This document shows, in pieces, positions 32,710 through 46,673 of a DNA stretch of 64,000 nucleotides. A program made the position numbers and the translations under genes. This DNA comes from the human T2T-CHM13v2.0 reference genome, Homo sapiens, in assembly GCF_009914755.1 (NCBI RefSeq), contig NC_060939.1; one strand, given 5' to 3'. The notes beneath the pieces are model-generated. The model did no database searches. It was not told where the DNA came from and saw only the letters and a list, made by a program, of their open reading frames with translations. Numbering within the stretch: position 1 is the first letter of the stretch; each line of letters starts with the position of its first letter.

Positions 32710-35130
32710 ATTTCCATTGTATGTTCTTTTAATGCATCTTCTGGTAATTCTTGTGTTTCTAGAAATGTAGAAATTCTATCTCTACAGAGTCAGAAAGCTT
32801 CTAGCTCTTGTGTTCTGGCAGCATGAAGAATCTGAGAATAGTGAAGAAAAACTCAGGGGATAGGATTGTATGCAACTGTAGCTTAACACAGCATGAACAA
32901 GCCTTTTGTATCCTCATCTGCTTTGGGATGGCATACCCTTTTAATCAGGTGAACTGCCTTTAATAGTTGCTTGCTGCCTGCATTGCGTTTTCTGACACCA
33001 TAAAAGGAAATACGTGACAAAATCATGAAGTACAGACTAAGAAACTGTATGGGGCAACTGATTAGAATAGCATTCGCACTGGTGTTCCTCTTAAGATTCC
33101 AAGGCTTGGTGTCGAACCAAATGTATAGACACTTTCTAAAATATAGTACGCTAAACAAAACAAGTATGTAACAGTTGGCATTCTGAAAACAAAGAGTTTC
33201 TTACAATACTAAGGAGCCAATGTCCTATATTTTTGTCTTGAAGAAAAAAATCTCTGTTTCAACAGATTCTCCCTAATTCGTTCTCCTTATTTCTAATTTT
33301 ATACTCTGGCTATTGAAGTAAAGGACTATTTCCATCAACAAAGCAAGTTCCAGACAAAAGTTCTTTAAGAAACTTGCCAAAAAAACAGCTCATGCTGTCT
33401 TTCCTGGGATTCTTCGACATGTGAATGCTCCAGCCAGACCCAGAAATGCAGCTTTTACTACCATTCGATAATGATCTAAGAAGCAAAAATCAGATATGTA
33501 ACCCTAAAGCCAGCACTGCTCCCCAGCAAGCCTTCCCAACAGCACAGATTTCATTAATGTCACAGTCACACGGGCTGCTTCTGTTCTTGGTATATCTCTC
33601 TGTTGTTAATTTATTCTTTGTATCTTTCAAATTACTGGTTATTTTTAAAATAGACTAATGTAAACCTAGCATATGGCTACACACTCATTTTCCATTTAGT
33701 TGACATTGACTGAGCACCTTCTATGGTCCTGGTACCCAATACATGCCTGGGATAAGAAACAAACAGTCCCCGCGCTCTTGGAAATTATGATAGAAATGCA
33801 TTACCTGGATATGTTGGAGGATGCCTTCCAGTTAAAATTTGGGGCTGCAAACTTTGATAAAAAGGAACTTATTAGCAGGATCATAGGGAGACACAGAATC
33901 AATCAGAGGCTAAAGAAAGAGACCAGGTAACTGGTACCCCAGGGAAGATCATGCGGCAGAAGAATCACCTCTCCCACATGCTAGCTTCAGTTGATTAAGA
34001 TTAAAACGGGAGAGCTTAAATCAGAGGTCATCCTATAGCAGCACCAGAAGGTAGACTCTTATTTAGCATAAGGAATACATTCTTCAAAAGAGGTAATTTC
34101 CCCTTTTGTAGAAACGATTCAAATAAACATGAAGACATGCAAGGTACAATTTGTGGATCTCCTGTTCAATCCTACAACATATTAATCAAGGAATATAGAC
34201 TGGGAAATCCTTCCAGAGTCCTTGAAATTTAGTTTTTAAGTTTTTAATGTTGATGTTTTCCCCTTGTCTTTTCAACACAATTCAGCAAGCTGCCATGTTA
34301 ACTTTTACACAGAACTCTGCATTGGATATTAGAATTTACCTTAAGCTGTGAGCAATTAAAGTCTGATGTCTTTTTCCAGATCTCCATTTAAAATGTAAAT
34401 TAAAGGGCAAAGGGAAAAGTAACTTCCCTTATGTCACTTAAATTATCCCTTAAGATTACAGGAAACTATTCATTTTTTCAAACTAAGAGGAACCAAAAAT
34501 GTATTTCCCCTTCCCACTCTTCACAACAGAAAATGCTCAGGCAGTGAGATGCTCTTCTTAGTAACAACTTTCTGGCTGACTTGAAGGCTAAAATTGATGT
34601 TTTAAACCATACATGTCCCTGTTTTTGTTGATTAAGTGGACTTCACTCAATTTAGCCACAGCTATCCCCAAACCTTAACACTCTCCACCTTTCTCCCAAG
34701 TCGAATCTCATTGCTGTTGTTTTGTGTGGCCACACACAACCAATCCTAATAGCTAACATTTTAACACTAGCTTACTATGGTGGTGGCCTTTAAGTATTTT
34801 ACATGTATTAGCTGATTGAATCCTTGCAAAGAATTCCAGGGTTGGTCCTATTATTAACTTCATTTTTCAGATGAAGAAACCAAGTCACAGTCAAGTTGAG
34901 TGTCACTCTCTTAGCTGTTATCTGGACTTGTGAAGACTTGATACACAAGGCTCTGGATAAAATCCTACATAAATGCAGGGAAACAGACTTGTATAAACAC
35001 AAATCACTAACACCTTGATATTCTAGTTGTGTGGTAAAGGAACAAGTTACCTAGTCCTCAAAGTTTTCTACCTATATATTTAAATGGGAATAATGCTATC
35101 TACTTCATGAGATACTGTGAAATAAGCCAA

Positions 35131-35197
35131 TCTTCTCAAACTCTTCTAAACTCAAACTCTTCTAAACTTACTCTTCTAAACTCTTCTCAAACTCTTA
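35131..35197. repeat. Imperfect (CTCTTCTAAA)n minisatellite
   Basis: About 6 degenerate 10-11 bp units. Confidence 0.85.
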
Positions 35198-35355
35198 TAG
35201 ATACAGAAGTTTATCTACAAGATAAACTTCTTCCTAAGGTTTCTATTTTTAAGAAATAAGAATTTTCAAAAATAGTTTTTCTGTATTCTTACAAGGTATT
35301 GTAAGGTATATGTGTTAAGGATATTCCTTCCCATGATTTCCAATCCTGTATTGTT

Positions 35356-35615
<260 letters not shown>

Positions 35616-35980
35616 CTACTCAGCACAGGCCTCTACCAAACAAGCTAAAACAAGGTAGCCTAAAAGTATTATACCATAACAACTTCTCAGGCAACATTTT
35701 CATGGGAAGTGATCCAAACAAGCTTAGAGGGTTATGGTGGGATGAAAAAAAAAATTATGGCATTTGTATCCATATAGTTTAGAATGAGATCTGGGTTCTC
35801 ACAATACTATGAAATCATGACAAGGAAGAGAACTGTTTGGATGCTAAACTTAAGATGCAACATCAGCTCTTCAATTCAGCCCAATTTCCCCCAAACTGAT
35901 GGTCGCAAAGCAAGGGCAGCTTGCTCCTTCGCTGGCAAGGTAGGACACTTGTTTCCTAATAAAACGTAACTTTCAAAATG

Positions 35981-35986
35981 TTTATT
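35981..35986 (-). terminator. Candidate distal RSL24D1 polyadenylation signal AATAAA
   Basis: TTTATT on + strand, followed on the transcript by U-rich sequence. Confidence 0.55.
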
Positions 35987-36490
35987 TCTTTAAAAAATGA
36001 ATACGGTATGTAGTAAAAACCCAAGAAATTTTACAAATGTCTTTCCTCACATGTATCATTTCCCCTAATCTTCAATCAATAATATTATTTACAAATAAGA
36101 ATACCCAGGCAAAACCACATTGGAACTCAGGTCTCCTAACACTTGGTCCAGGGACTGGTCTACAGCCTTAGTTTTACTATCTAATACTGAAACAAAAAAT
36201 GAGCCATTACTTTATAATTATGTAAGGCTAAGAATTACTGATTTTAAACTCTACCCTAAAAAAACCATTATGCAAACTGATCGTTACTTAATGTATTTAA
36301 CATACTTAAAACTGTAAACAATGTAAAAACACAAAACATTAAGTATTAAGTATCTATTTCTCTTTAATTAAATGTATCTCCTACTTAAATGGGATGTGTG
36401 GAGGAAGATTTCTTCTTCCAGGTCATCAATATTTCATATCTTTGTTTAGTGCCTTTAAAGAATAAATATCAGCATTACTTTTTAAATGGT

Positions 36491-36496
36491 TTTATT
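36491..36496 (-). terminator. Candidate RSL24D1 polyadenylation signal AATAAA
   Basis: TTTATT on + strand; a UGUA element (TGTACA 36500-36505) lies immediately upstream on the transcript. Confidence 0.7.
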
Positions 36497-37312
36497 TTAT
36501 GTACAAATAATGAACATACGTTGTACCCATAAATTCTACTTTCCAAAAACAGGAGCTTTTTAAAAGAAAACCACATAACAACTTTTAAAAGGCGCTGGGA
36601 TTCCTCTGCTTCTAGATCAATGCTGGGCTAGAAAAGTAAAGTCTGTTCTATCAGGAATCACAAGTTGGAACTGAGTATTCTCCAAAGTGGAAATTCTAGA
36701 GTGTAGTGTCACTCCAGGCAAAGATTATTCAGTTCTCATCCCCAGCATCCACAACTACCTATCAGAAGGGTTAAACCAGGTCAAAACAGTCCAGCATAAT
36801 TAGGCTTCATCAAACAATGTCATTATGCTCTTCTAAGATGCAAATAAACCAAAACAGGAAATACTAAAATAAAAATATCTGACACTGCCATACAAATTGT
36901 TAGTTCCTTTTTGTATCCCCCCTTCTATAACATTAACAAAGGGAATATTTTACTGCAAAGAATATTTTATTTTATACATCACTAGCCATGAATTTTTGCC
37001 ATTAGTTACTATACAAATGCTGCCTAGTGCCATTATCCAAATAGCACAACCATTTTACGTCCACAATTCACTTCTATAGTTACAAGTAGAATTTTCATGA
37101 TTTACTTAAGTACATCTATCAGTAAAGATTTAACACTGAGATGCAATCTAACATCCGTAATATCTGATATTATGTAGATGGCAATGCAGGAAAGATGTCT
37201 TTTAATCGCTTTTCATTTAAGTGACCTTATGTAAAAAATAAAATAATTTAGCAGTTCCAAGTATCCAAAGGGCATTTTCAAATGTACATAAAAGAAATGG
37301 TTACAGAGATTT

Positions 37313-37386
37313 TTAAGGAGCATCTTCCATGTCCACATCCTCTTGTAACTGCTGTACCATTTTCTCTTCCAACTGTTTCCCTTTGC
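37313..37386 (-). CDS. RSL24D1: RSL24D1 last coding exon (G-KGKQLEEKMVQQLQEDVDMEDAP*)
   Basis: attaaag|GCAAAGGG...CCTTAA; 74 nt; exon total 81+114+73+64+86+74 = 492 nt = 163 aa plus stop. Confidence 0.97.
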
Positions 37387-38475
37387 CTTTAATAAAAATA
37401 AGTAAAAAATAAACAACTTAATTAAATGTGACCTTACAGAATTCACACCAACACTTTATAAAGGATCTTGCATGTTTTCAAGTAATATTAGCCACTCCTA
37501 AGAAATTTAATAGTAGCTAAACTAACATAGGTCTTATGATATGCCATGCATCAAATAAACATTCTACATACATTTATTTGCTCATTTCACCCTCATAACA
37601 ACCCCCATTTTAAATATGAGAAAACTGAGGCTCAAAGACAGATTAACTTGCTGAAGGTCACTCAACTAGAAAGCCATTTAAGTCAAAGTGCTGGCATGTG
37701 AACCCCAGCCATCTGGATCCAAGGTGCCTGCTCTTAACACTGTTCTATCTACCTCAAAGAGGATTACCTAAAAACTTAGATAACAATGGTTCATTTCTGG
37801 TGCTTTTTGACTATCAGTTTGTTATCATGTATATGTGAAACAAATGCTCCAGAATTTTGCCTATTTTGTTTTAATAAAATTTGGTACAAAAATAATACAA
37901 GTAGATCTACACAAATGTACTCAATATGTGATTACAGAATTTGACCTTTACTAAGATTTCTTTCCCTTTAAGTGATCTACATAAGTAAATTGCATAAAAG
38001 ACTGTACTGGTGTTAGCTGAGCAAAAGAAACAGTAGTCCCAATTTTAGTATCAGAATCATCTGGGATGTTACTGAACAGTGGCCCAGACTCAAAGAGCCT
38101 GGGCCTATGTATTTATACTAAGTTCCCCAAGTTGGTAATTCTGATACCAACCAAAGTTTGAGAACCACTAATAAAAAATATAGTCCTTTAATCAATACAA
38201 GTGCAAGACAAAAATCATCTACAAAATTATTACGCAAATCATTTTGCATAACTTGGGGGGATATGGAACATAGAATTCAATGAAGGCAAAAAAGAAACAC
38301 CATATAAATAGACTGACTGCAATTGGGAAATACACTGAATAAATTACATTTTTATAGGCCAAATCATATCATAAATTTACTATGAAAGATAATATTTATA
38401 GGAAAAAATACCCAAAGTTAGTTGGTACCCAAATACACAGACCACAAAAATCTAGATGTGCAATGTAGTACTCAC

Positions 38476-38561
38476 CTGCAAGAGGGGCTCGGATAAGATG
38501 GATGTTTTGCTTGACTTCTTTGATATCCTGAACTTTCTGTAGCTCTTTATTTTTCTTCAAT
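38476..38561 (-). CDS. RSL24D1: RSL24D1 coding exon 5 ([30 protein letters not shown])
   Basis: ttgtag|ATTGAAG...GCAG|gtgagt; 86 nt. Confidence 0.97.
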
Positions 38562-39339
38562 CTACAACAAAACATATTAAAGCCAAAATTTCAGTTACTA
38601 ACACTGCTTTAAGAGGCATCAATTCACAATACAGCTTCTAAATTTTGTTACTTAAGTTAGCCCCACAGATGGGGAATGGAAACATGATGGCTGCCCTTCT
38701 GTTCACTCCCCTTTCTTCTCCCCACAACGCCCCCCATCCAGCAGGAGCATCAACACCAAGTGAACAGAGCCTCTCAGTCCTCTCACATTACTCCCAAATG
38801 GCAAGTGGTGAACTTAACCTAAAAGAGATATATACCTTACATTTATTCCCAAATCTAAGGTAAGGTCACCTGTTAAGCCCTCACAAATGTACATTTTCTT
38901 CTCTAACAACTCAAACTCAAAGTGGTTTTTTAGTTCGTAATTAGCTCAAAATAGGATTCCTACCCTACCACAACACTTATTCATTCATTCATTCTTTGTA
39001 CCTAGACTGGCACGAAATGGGAGCTCAATACATATTTGCTAAGTAAATGAAGGATGTGAGTCATGAAAAGAAGCAGTGCTCTACTACATAAAACAACCTT
39101 TAACTGTTACAGTGCCTAGATCTTTTCTCCTCAAATAGATAAGTCTCTGTTATATAATTTTTAAAAAACCATTGGGTAATTACAAGAGCACAAATCACAT
39201 GATATTCAATAGAAATGCTAACAGACTAGTTTTCAAACATTTTTGTGAAATGCTTTAAAATTTTTAAGCCAGAAAGCTGCTGGCACGTGCTTCTTTTCCA
39301 TGACATATTCCATAGCAATTAATTTAAAAGCTAATGGTC

Positions 39340-40450
39340 CTGCTCTGAAAAAAATAGTTGATTCCAAGCTGGGGAAGAGGAAACATCTTGTTAGCTATAA
39401 AACATGAATGCACTCAAAGAATGAGGAGAATTGTCAAAATGACATGACAGTCTGCCTGAAGGAACTCCCACAGGCCAAATATGGGCCACTTAGAACTTCA
39501 AAATAAATAATGACAATAAAGAATTATAACCCAATGTATACCATAAGAATCCATGAATACACACAGATGTAATATGAATAAAGGAATAAATCTTGAAATT
39601 GATGGAAAAGGGAAAGCTCTTTCTTACATGAGAAAATCAACTAAAAAATGTAGAAGAAATGATGGAATTAGAAAAACCACCATTTGGCAACAATCACAAC
39701 AATAGTAGTAACTGATTCAGGCAAGACTCTAATGAAAACCAAAACCAGTAGGTACAAGTTTGAGGAGTAATAGGCTTTTTACTGAATCTCTATGTATCTC
39801 CCCCAAAATACGTACTGATTATAAGGAAAACAAAATAGTAATCTTCCAGTGGAGAAACCTGACAGACATCACCTTAATCAAGTGATCAAAGTTAACATCA
39901 CCAGCAAGGTGACATCATGTGCTTCCCGATATGATGCATGAGAAGGATACGCCATCATTTCTGAGACATCCCTGCCAAAGGTGCCTAGCCAAAATCTAAT
40001 GAGGAAGGTATCAGACAAACCCAAATTGAAGAACGTTCTATACAATAACTTGACCTATAGTCTTCAAAACTATCAATGTCACGTAAAAGAAAGATGAGAA
40101 ACTGTCCAGATTAAAGGAGCCTGAAGAAATATGAAGGACTTTGTGTTGCTATGGACGTAATCAGAATAACTGGTGAGGTCTAAATAAGGTTTATAGATTA
40201 TATAATAGTATTACATCAATGTTAATTTCCTGACTGATAGATAACCATACTGTGTTTATTTAAGAGAATGTTCTTATTTTTAGGTTACACACACTTAAGT
40301 ATACTTAGAAGGAAAAAGCATTATGTCTTCAATACATTGAGACAAGGATAAAGTAAATGTAAAATGCTAGCAGAATATACAAGAGTTCTTCATATTATTC
40401 CTTGAAGTTTTTGGTAAGTCTGAAGTTATGTCAAAATAAAAAATTTTTTT
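39340..40450 (+). mobile_element. Ancient L1 (L1MC/ME) 3' region, RSL24D1 intron 4
   Basis: cagtggagaaacctgacagacatcaccttaatcaagtgatcaaagttaacatca motif. Confidence 0.7.
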
Positions 40451-40522
40451 AAAAAATACTAATGCCTCTAAATATCTACTAGTAATTATTTTCCAAAAGT
40501 TACTCCATACAAATATTCATAC

Positions 40523-40586
40523 CTGTTCATTATAAATTTAGCTTGGCGCTTCTGTTTGATTTCTTCAACTCTCTTCATCGCATCAA
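40523..40586 (-). CDS. RSL24D1: RSL24D1 coding exon 4 ([22 protein letters not shown])
   Basis: ttgtag|TTGATGCG...AACAG|gtatga; 64 nt. Confidence 0.97.
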
Positions 40587-41459
40587 CTACAAAAAAATTC
40601 ATGAGTTAGCAAATGTATGCACATTCAAGCGGTATGATCAACAACTGCATTAACAAACACTTCTTTATTATTCTGATTTAGAAATGAATTTACATGAAAA
40701 AAATCATTACAAAAACAATCCCTACTCAAAAAGCTGAAGAAGGTGTATACTCCTGGCCATCATGACTCTCAACATTCTCTTTCACAAGTATCATTTCTCT
40801 AATTTTTATCTGACAAAAGTCTCTACTGCTGTTAAATTTTCCTTCCACTTTAAACCAATCCAATGCTTTTCAAATTTTACTATAAAGAGAACTTGGACTA
40901 CTGACAACTAATCCCATTCTTAACTTGTAATTTCCATGAATAAAGACAGCATCTTTCTGGTTATGAACACTTAAAAGTGCCTGGGATATGGTCAGCACAT
41001 GATATTAGCAGAATGAACCAAACAATCAATACTACTAAGTTCTCAACCACAAAAATCCAACTGTTTTAGAAAATGCCTACAGGAGTGTTGGCTAAAAGGG
41101 GGCTGAGTCCAACTATGCTCTAAAATTTCTATCAGTACTATCCAATGAAAGACAAACCACATATGAAATTTTAAATTTTCTAGTAGCCGTATTTTTTAAA
41201 GTAAAAACGAACAGGAGGAAATTTAATGATACATTTTATTTAACCCAAATTTCCAAAATACTGTCACTCAACATGCAATCTATATAAAATTACTAGTGAA
41301 ACATTTTATCCTTGTTTTCATATTAAGTCTTCAAAATCCAGCATTCATTTCACATTTACAGCACAACGCAATTTAGACTGGCTCAGTAGCTCAGACACTT
41401 CTGATCTAGTCTAGCTCTTTAAAGTGTAGTCTGTAGATCTAAAGAATAATAAGATATTT

Positions 41460-42200
41460 ATATAGTCTTAAAGTATCTCTCAAAAGTATACTTATTAATT
41501 AAAAAGAGTAAAACAGTAACTCTTCAGTGGAAAAACCTGGCAGACACCACCTTAACCTAATGATCAAAGTTAACACTGCTAGTAATGGAACTAATGGACA
41601 GCTTGTGTCTCCTGACAAAACACACTGAAAAAACTCAGCATCAAATCTCTGGTGCTCTTGCCAAATGTGCATTATCCAAACCTAATCTGAAGGAAACACC
41701 AAACAATCCAGTTAAGAAATTTTATACCAAACGCCTGGCCCATATTGTTCTAAACTGTCAATATCATGAAATATAAGGACAAACTCAGGAAATGTTCCAG
41801 ATTACAAGAGATTAAAGAGACATGACATGTACTATTCTTACAAATTTTGCTATAAAGGATATTACTGGGACAATTGGAGAAATATGAATAGGACTAAGAT
41901 TAGGTAATAATAGTCTATCAATGTTAATTTCTTGATTTTAATAATTGCAGTGTGGTTATGTGAGAATGCTCTTATTTCTGGAAATACATATTAAACTAGG
42001 GACCAAGAAGTATTTTGCATGCTTAAACAGTTCAGAAAAATATACACTAAAGGGAGAAAGGGAGAAAGAAGAGAGACAAAGAGAAAAAATTAATTTAACA
42101 AAATGTTAACATTCAGGGAGTCTGGATGAAGGATATCAGAGAACTCTACTCGTGCAACTTTTCTGTAATCTGAAATTAGGTCAAAATAAAAACTTTTAAA
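41460..42200 (+). mobile_element. Ancient L1 (L1MC/ME) 3' region, RSL24D1 intron 3
   Basis: Homologous to 39780-40450. Confidence 0.7.
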
Positions 42201-42617
42201 ATGTAGCCTGGGACCAGTAACAGTGGCATCATTTGGGAGCTTGTTAGAAATGAAGGATTTCAGGCCCCACACAAACCTACTATATCTGAATCTACATTTT
42301 AACAAAAACCACCAGGACAATCTTTGAGACCTCTAGTATTAAAGCAATGTTTGTATAAATAACTCTAAGAAAATGTCAACTATAAATCTGCATATGCTGT
42401 AGCTCAGAATTAATAATATGCTGGATATATAACTTTTTTTCTTTGTCTTTCAGCAAAAATAAGTACAAGTTCTAGTACTCAAAAGCATTTCCACACTTTA
42501 AACTTATTTAGAAGGGAAATAAACACAAGTGGCAGGAAAATCCCTTCCAAAGAATAATATGCTGTATTTCCAAATATTCCAGAATACTGAAATATTTTGA
42601 ACCTAAGAAGCATCTAA

Positions 42618-43075
42618 CTGTACAATTCACAACTGCAAAGATATGGAACCAACCTAAGTGCCCATCGACCAACAAGTGGGTAAAGAAAATGTGGTATTTA
42701 TACATGATGGAATAGTTCTCACCCAAAAAAAGGAATGAAATAATGTCTTTTACAGCAACTTGGATGGAACTGGAGGCCACTATTCTAAATGAAGTAACCC
42801 AGGAATAGAAAAGCTAACACTGTATGTTCTCACTTGTAAGCAGGGGCTAAGCTATGGGCACGCAAAGGCATACAGAGTGGTATAATGGACTATGGGACTC
42901 AGAAGGGGGAGTGGGGTGGGGTAAGGGGTAAAAACTATAGATTGGGTACAATGTACACTACTCAGGTGATGGATGCACTAAAATCTCAGATTCTGACAAT
43001 CTACAATTAATCCATGTAACCAAAAAAACCACTTGTACCCCAAAAGCTATTAAGATTAAAAAAAAGTTCAACAAA
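42618..43075 (+). mobile_element. L1PB-like 3' end
   Basis: ggaaccaacctaagtgcccatc...gggtacaatgtacactactcaggtgatgg..A tail. Confidence 0.85.
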
Positions 43076-44070
43076 AATATGTAAAAAGTTAAAATAAAAA
43101 ATAAAAAAAAATCTGACAGATATTAACAATTCACCTGCAACACAGACAGCCATGAGGGACAAAGTGCAAACTATTTTTCCCGGTATTTTTGAAATTCTAA
43201 CATACTACTGTTTCTACAGACATCAGTACCTTAACAAAGGTTGTTTAATCCATATCCTCACACAATTTGATAATGTAAGCAATGAATATACAACTCTTGT
43301 CAATAGATTAGTTTATAGACCAAATGATACTGAAATACGAGGGGTGTGGAGAATCAATGAATCTCTTAGAAGAATAATATATTGTTCTGGAACACTACTG
43401 AAAACAACTTTTCTTAATTGTATAAAATATCATGAAACAATCTTAAATTCCAAAGACTCTCATACTATTTACCTAGCACTCATACTGTACACTTAGCAGA
43501 TCTTCTCAGAAAAATCTATTTTTAGGATCCCAGTAAAAAGGAAAGCAGAATCAGTGCAGGAAAAAAGAAATCAATAGAGCACTGCTTCTTACAGAATTTA
43601 CAGATGTATAAATGTGGGGGGCAAGAGAATGAGACTCTGTAATAAAACCTAACAGAAACAATAAAATAGGAGTACTCAGTAAGTGCACCTAGAGGGCAGA
43701 GACCGTGTGTGACGTGTTCATCTTTGTATGCCACAGGCAGTGCTTAATAAATGTGCACTGAATTAAAATAAATTAAGAACTGTAGAGAACACTACCATTA
43801 CAGTATGTGAAGTCATACAGAACACAGCAGTATTTCTCTCGAGCAATGTAAATAACATGACACCAGCATGGAGGACCATGGAACTGATTATTCACATATC
43901 GCTAAAATTGTATATGCAACTCTTTTCAACAACAACCTAAATACCCGCTAAGTAAAAGTAGTTACAAAATATGTAAAAATGATCTGGAGCTGCTGTCTTC
44001 AAGTAATAATAACAACAACAAAGGTCAAAATGAAATAAAACTGAATGAAGTCCAGAAATGCCTCAGGACT

Positions 44071-44374
<304 letters not shown>

Positions 44375-44696
44375 GAAATGCTTCAGGACTTTCCAATAAT
44401 GTCCTTGATAAGAGTGCCTTTTGAAATCAATTTAAGAATCCTATAGTTAATCTCTTTAGAAATCCTTGAGTTTGAATAAGTGTTATTTCCTTACCAAATA
44501 AACCCAATAAAAATCAACTGCTTTTCAGAAATTAACTCCTCCTCTAATTATAAAGCAGAAGGAAAAGACCTTATTTTTTAAAAAGGGGTTGGGGGAGACC
44601 CAAAGGGTACAATAATTAGGGCTAAGTACAGAAAAGGCAATTCCAAATCTAAACTCCAGTTTCTCCACATGGTCCTAGGTAAACAAAGCTTTAGAA

Positions 44697-44882
44697 CAAG
44701 CTTGACCAACCCACGGCCCAATATAAATTCGTAAACTTTCTTAAAACATAAAGAGATTTTTTTTGCAATTTTTTTTTCCCTTAGCTCATCAGCTATCATT
44801 AGTGTTAGTGTATTTTCTGTGTGCCCCAAGACAATTCTTCTTCCAATGTGGCCCAGGGAAGCCAAAGATTGGATGCCCCTGG
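44697..44882 (+). mobile_element. MER30
   Basis: agctcatcagctatcattagtgttagtg...ggcccagggaagccaaagattgga. Confidence 0.85.
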
Positions 44883-45080
44883 TTCAGAAGGTATAAATAC
44901 TACCACAAAGGTCCACAAATTTTCAGTTCTTCCCCTGAAGTCTCGTGACTGACTGGAGGACACAAAGGGATGCCCTGCCTATGATCCATTAGCAGAGTAA
45001 TAAAGTTTGTGGAATTCTAAGCCTTACAGACTCTGGTTAACAAACCACATCACCCCCACACCCAATACTAGAAATAGCTA

Positions 45081-45476
<396 letters not shown>

Positions 45477-46135
45477 CTACAAGCTAGCTCAAGGGATTAA
45501 CTTTTTCTACATATGAGACTTTTTTCATTAAACTTTCTGCCTATTTCAGGGAAAAAAAACAAAACAAAACAAAACAAAAAAAACAAGAACTAGATATTAT
45601 TGCTTTTAATTTCAGAAGATTATAACTTCATTTTTTACCTAAGTCAAACACTTAGAAATTCTCTCAGAACATTTGTAATGATGACCTTAAGCACTACACT
45701 TTTTAATTTTAAAGAAGCACTGAATTTTATAAGGTATACAGAATACAAGTTTATATCCTAAACTATATGGTCTAAACATGTAAAGTGTGTTAGGTTTCAT
45801 GTGTATTTTAACCATCCCACACTCACCCTAAAACAGTATTTTCCGTCTCTATTTTTTTCAGCCATTTTTATGTTTTTACATCTCTGTGTGGGCACTTCAA
45901 GTAGTATCAAAGTTAATAATTACATTATTTTAAAATGAACACACCAGCCAATTGTAAAAAAAAAATGATGAAAGATCTGACTACAACAGAACCATTAAAA
46001 TGAGGATAAAATAATAAAAGCCAAGGAATGATAAATGGAAAATTCAATATTTAAACAACAAACTGACACTTAAAGTTATAGTATTATCCCAAACCAGTCT
46101 CTCCTCAAAATTACTGGTATTTCTTTGTGACTTAC

Positions 46136-46208
46136 TAGTTTTATTCCATAGCTCTCGCTGGTATTTGATAGGTTCATTTCTACGTTTTTCAAATTCAAAT
46201 GAATTATC
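46136..46208 (-). CDS. RSL24D1: RSL24D1 coding exon 3 ([24 protein letters not shown]+I)
   Basis: ttacag|GAT...ACTA|gtaagt; 73 nt; frame continuous with exons 2 and 4. Confidence 0.97.
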
Positions 46209-46550
46209 CTGTAAGAGGGAACAGAGGAGATAAAAATAAGGTTTTAAGAAAGGTAGAAAGGAAACATTTCTTAAAACGTCTTCCTTTTCCTAAGTGTTCT
46301 AAATGAACATACACCTAGATTCACCCCTCAGGGTATCTCAGAGAATATAGGTTTTCAAATTTTTTCTCCTTTACACACCTCCCTATTGAAGACATCTCTC
46401 CATATACTAGTGATTCTCAAAGAGAAAGGAGGAGACAGTAACACCCCCATCCCTCAGAAGGGCATATAACAATTATCAGGATTACAAACTGAAAAACCTT
46501 CCCAATGTCCCATTCCCAGATAAGATTCAAAGCCAGAAAACTTTGAATTA

Positions 46551-46673
46551 TGTTGAACCATATGAAACTGCCATTTTTTACAGATCAAAAAAAGTCAACA
46601 TCAAGAATTCCATGTTCTTCCTGTAGGAGACAGAAAAAAAAAAAGAGAGAGAAAACTTCATATGGTTCAACCT
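46551..46673. mobile_element. MER53-like MITE with perfect 15-bp terminal inverted repeats
   Basis: gttgaaccatatgaa 46552-46566 / ttcatatggttcaac 46657-46671. Confidence 0.75.

Larger units (their letters stand above)
35965..37312 (-). other. RSL24D1: RSL24D1 3'UTR (extent approximate; depends on the poly(A) site used)
   Basis: AT-rich sequence with no recognisable repeat after the TAA; AATAAA on the minus strand at 36966-36971, 36491-36496 and 35981-35986. Confidence 0.7.

Noticed and set aside
37156-37174. taatatc-t-gatatta palindrome in the RSL24D1 3'UTR
   Set aside because: Only 7-bp AT-rich arms with a 1-nt loop; expected by chance
37213-37446. 77-aa minus-strand ORF
   Set aside because: Overlaps the RSL24D1 last exon in the wrong frame
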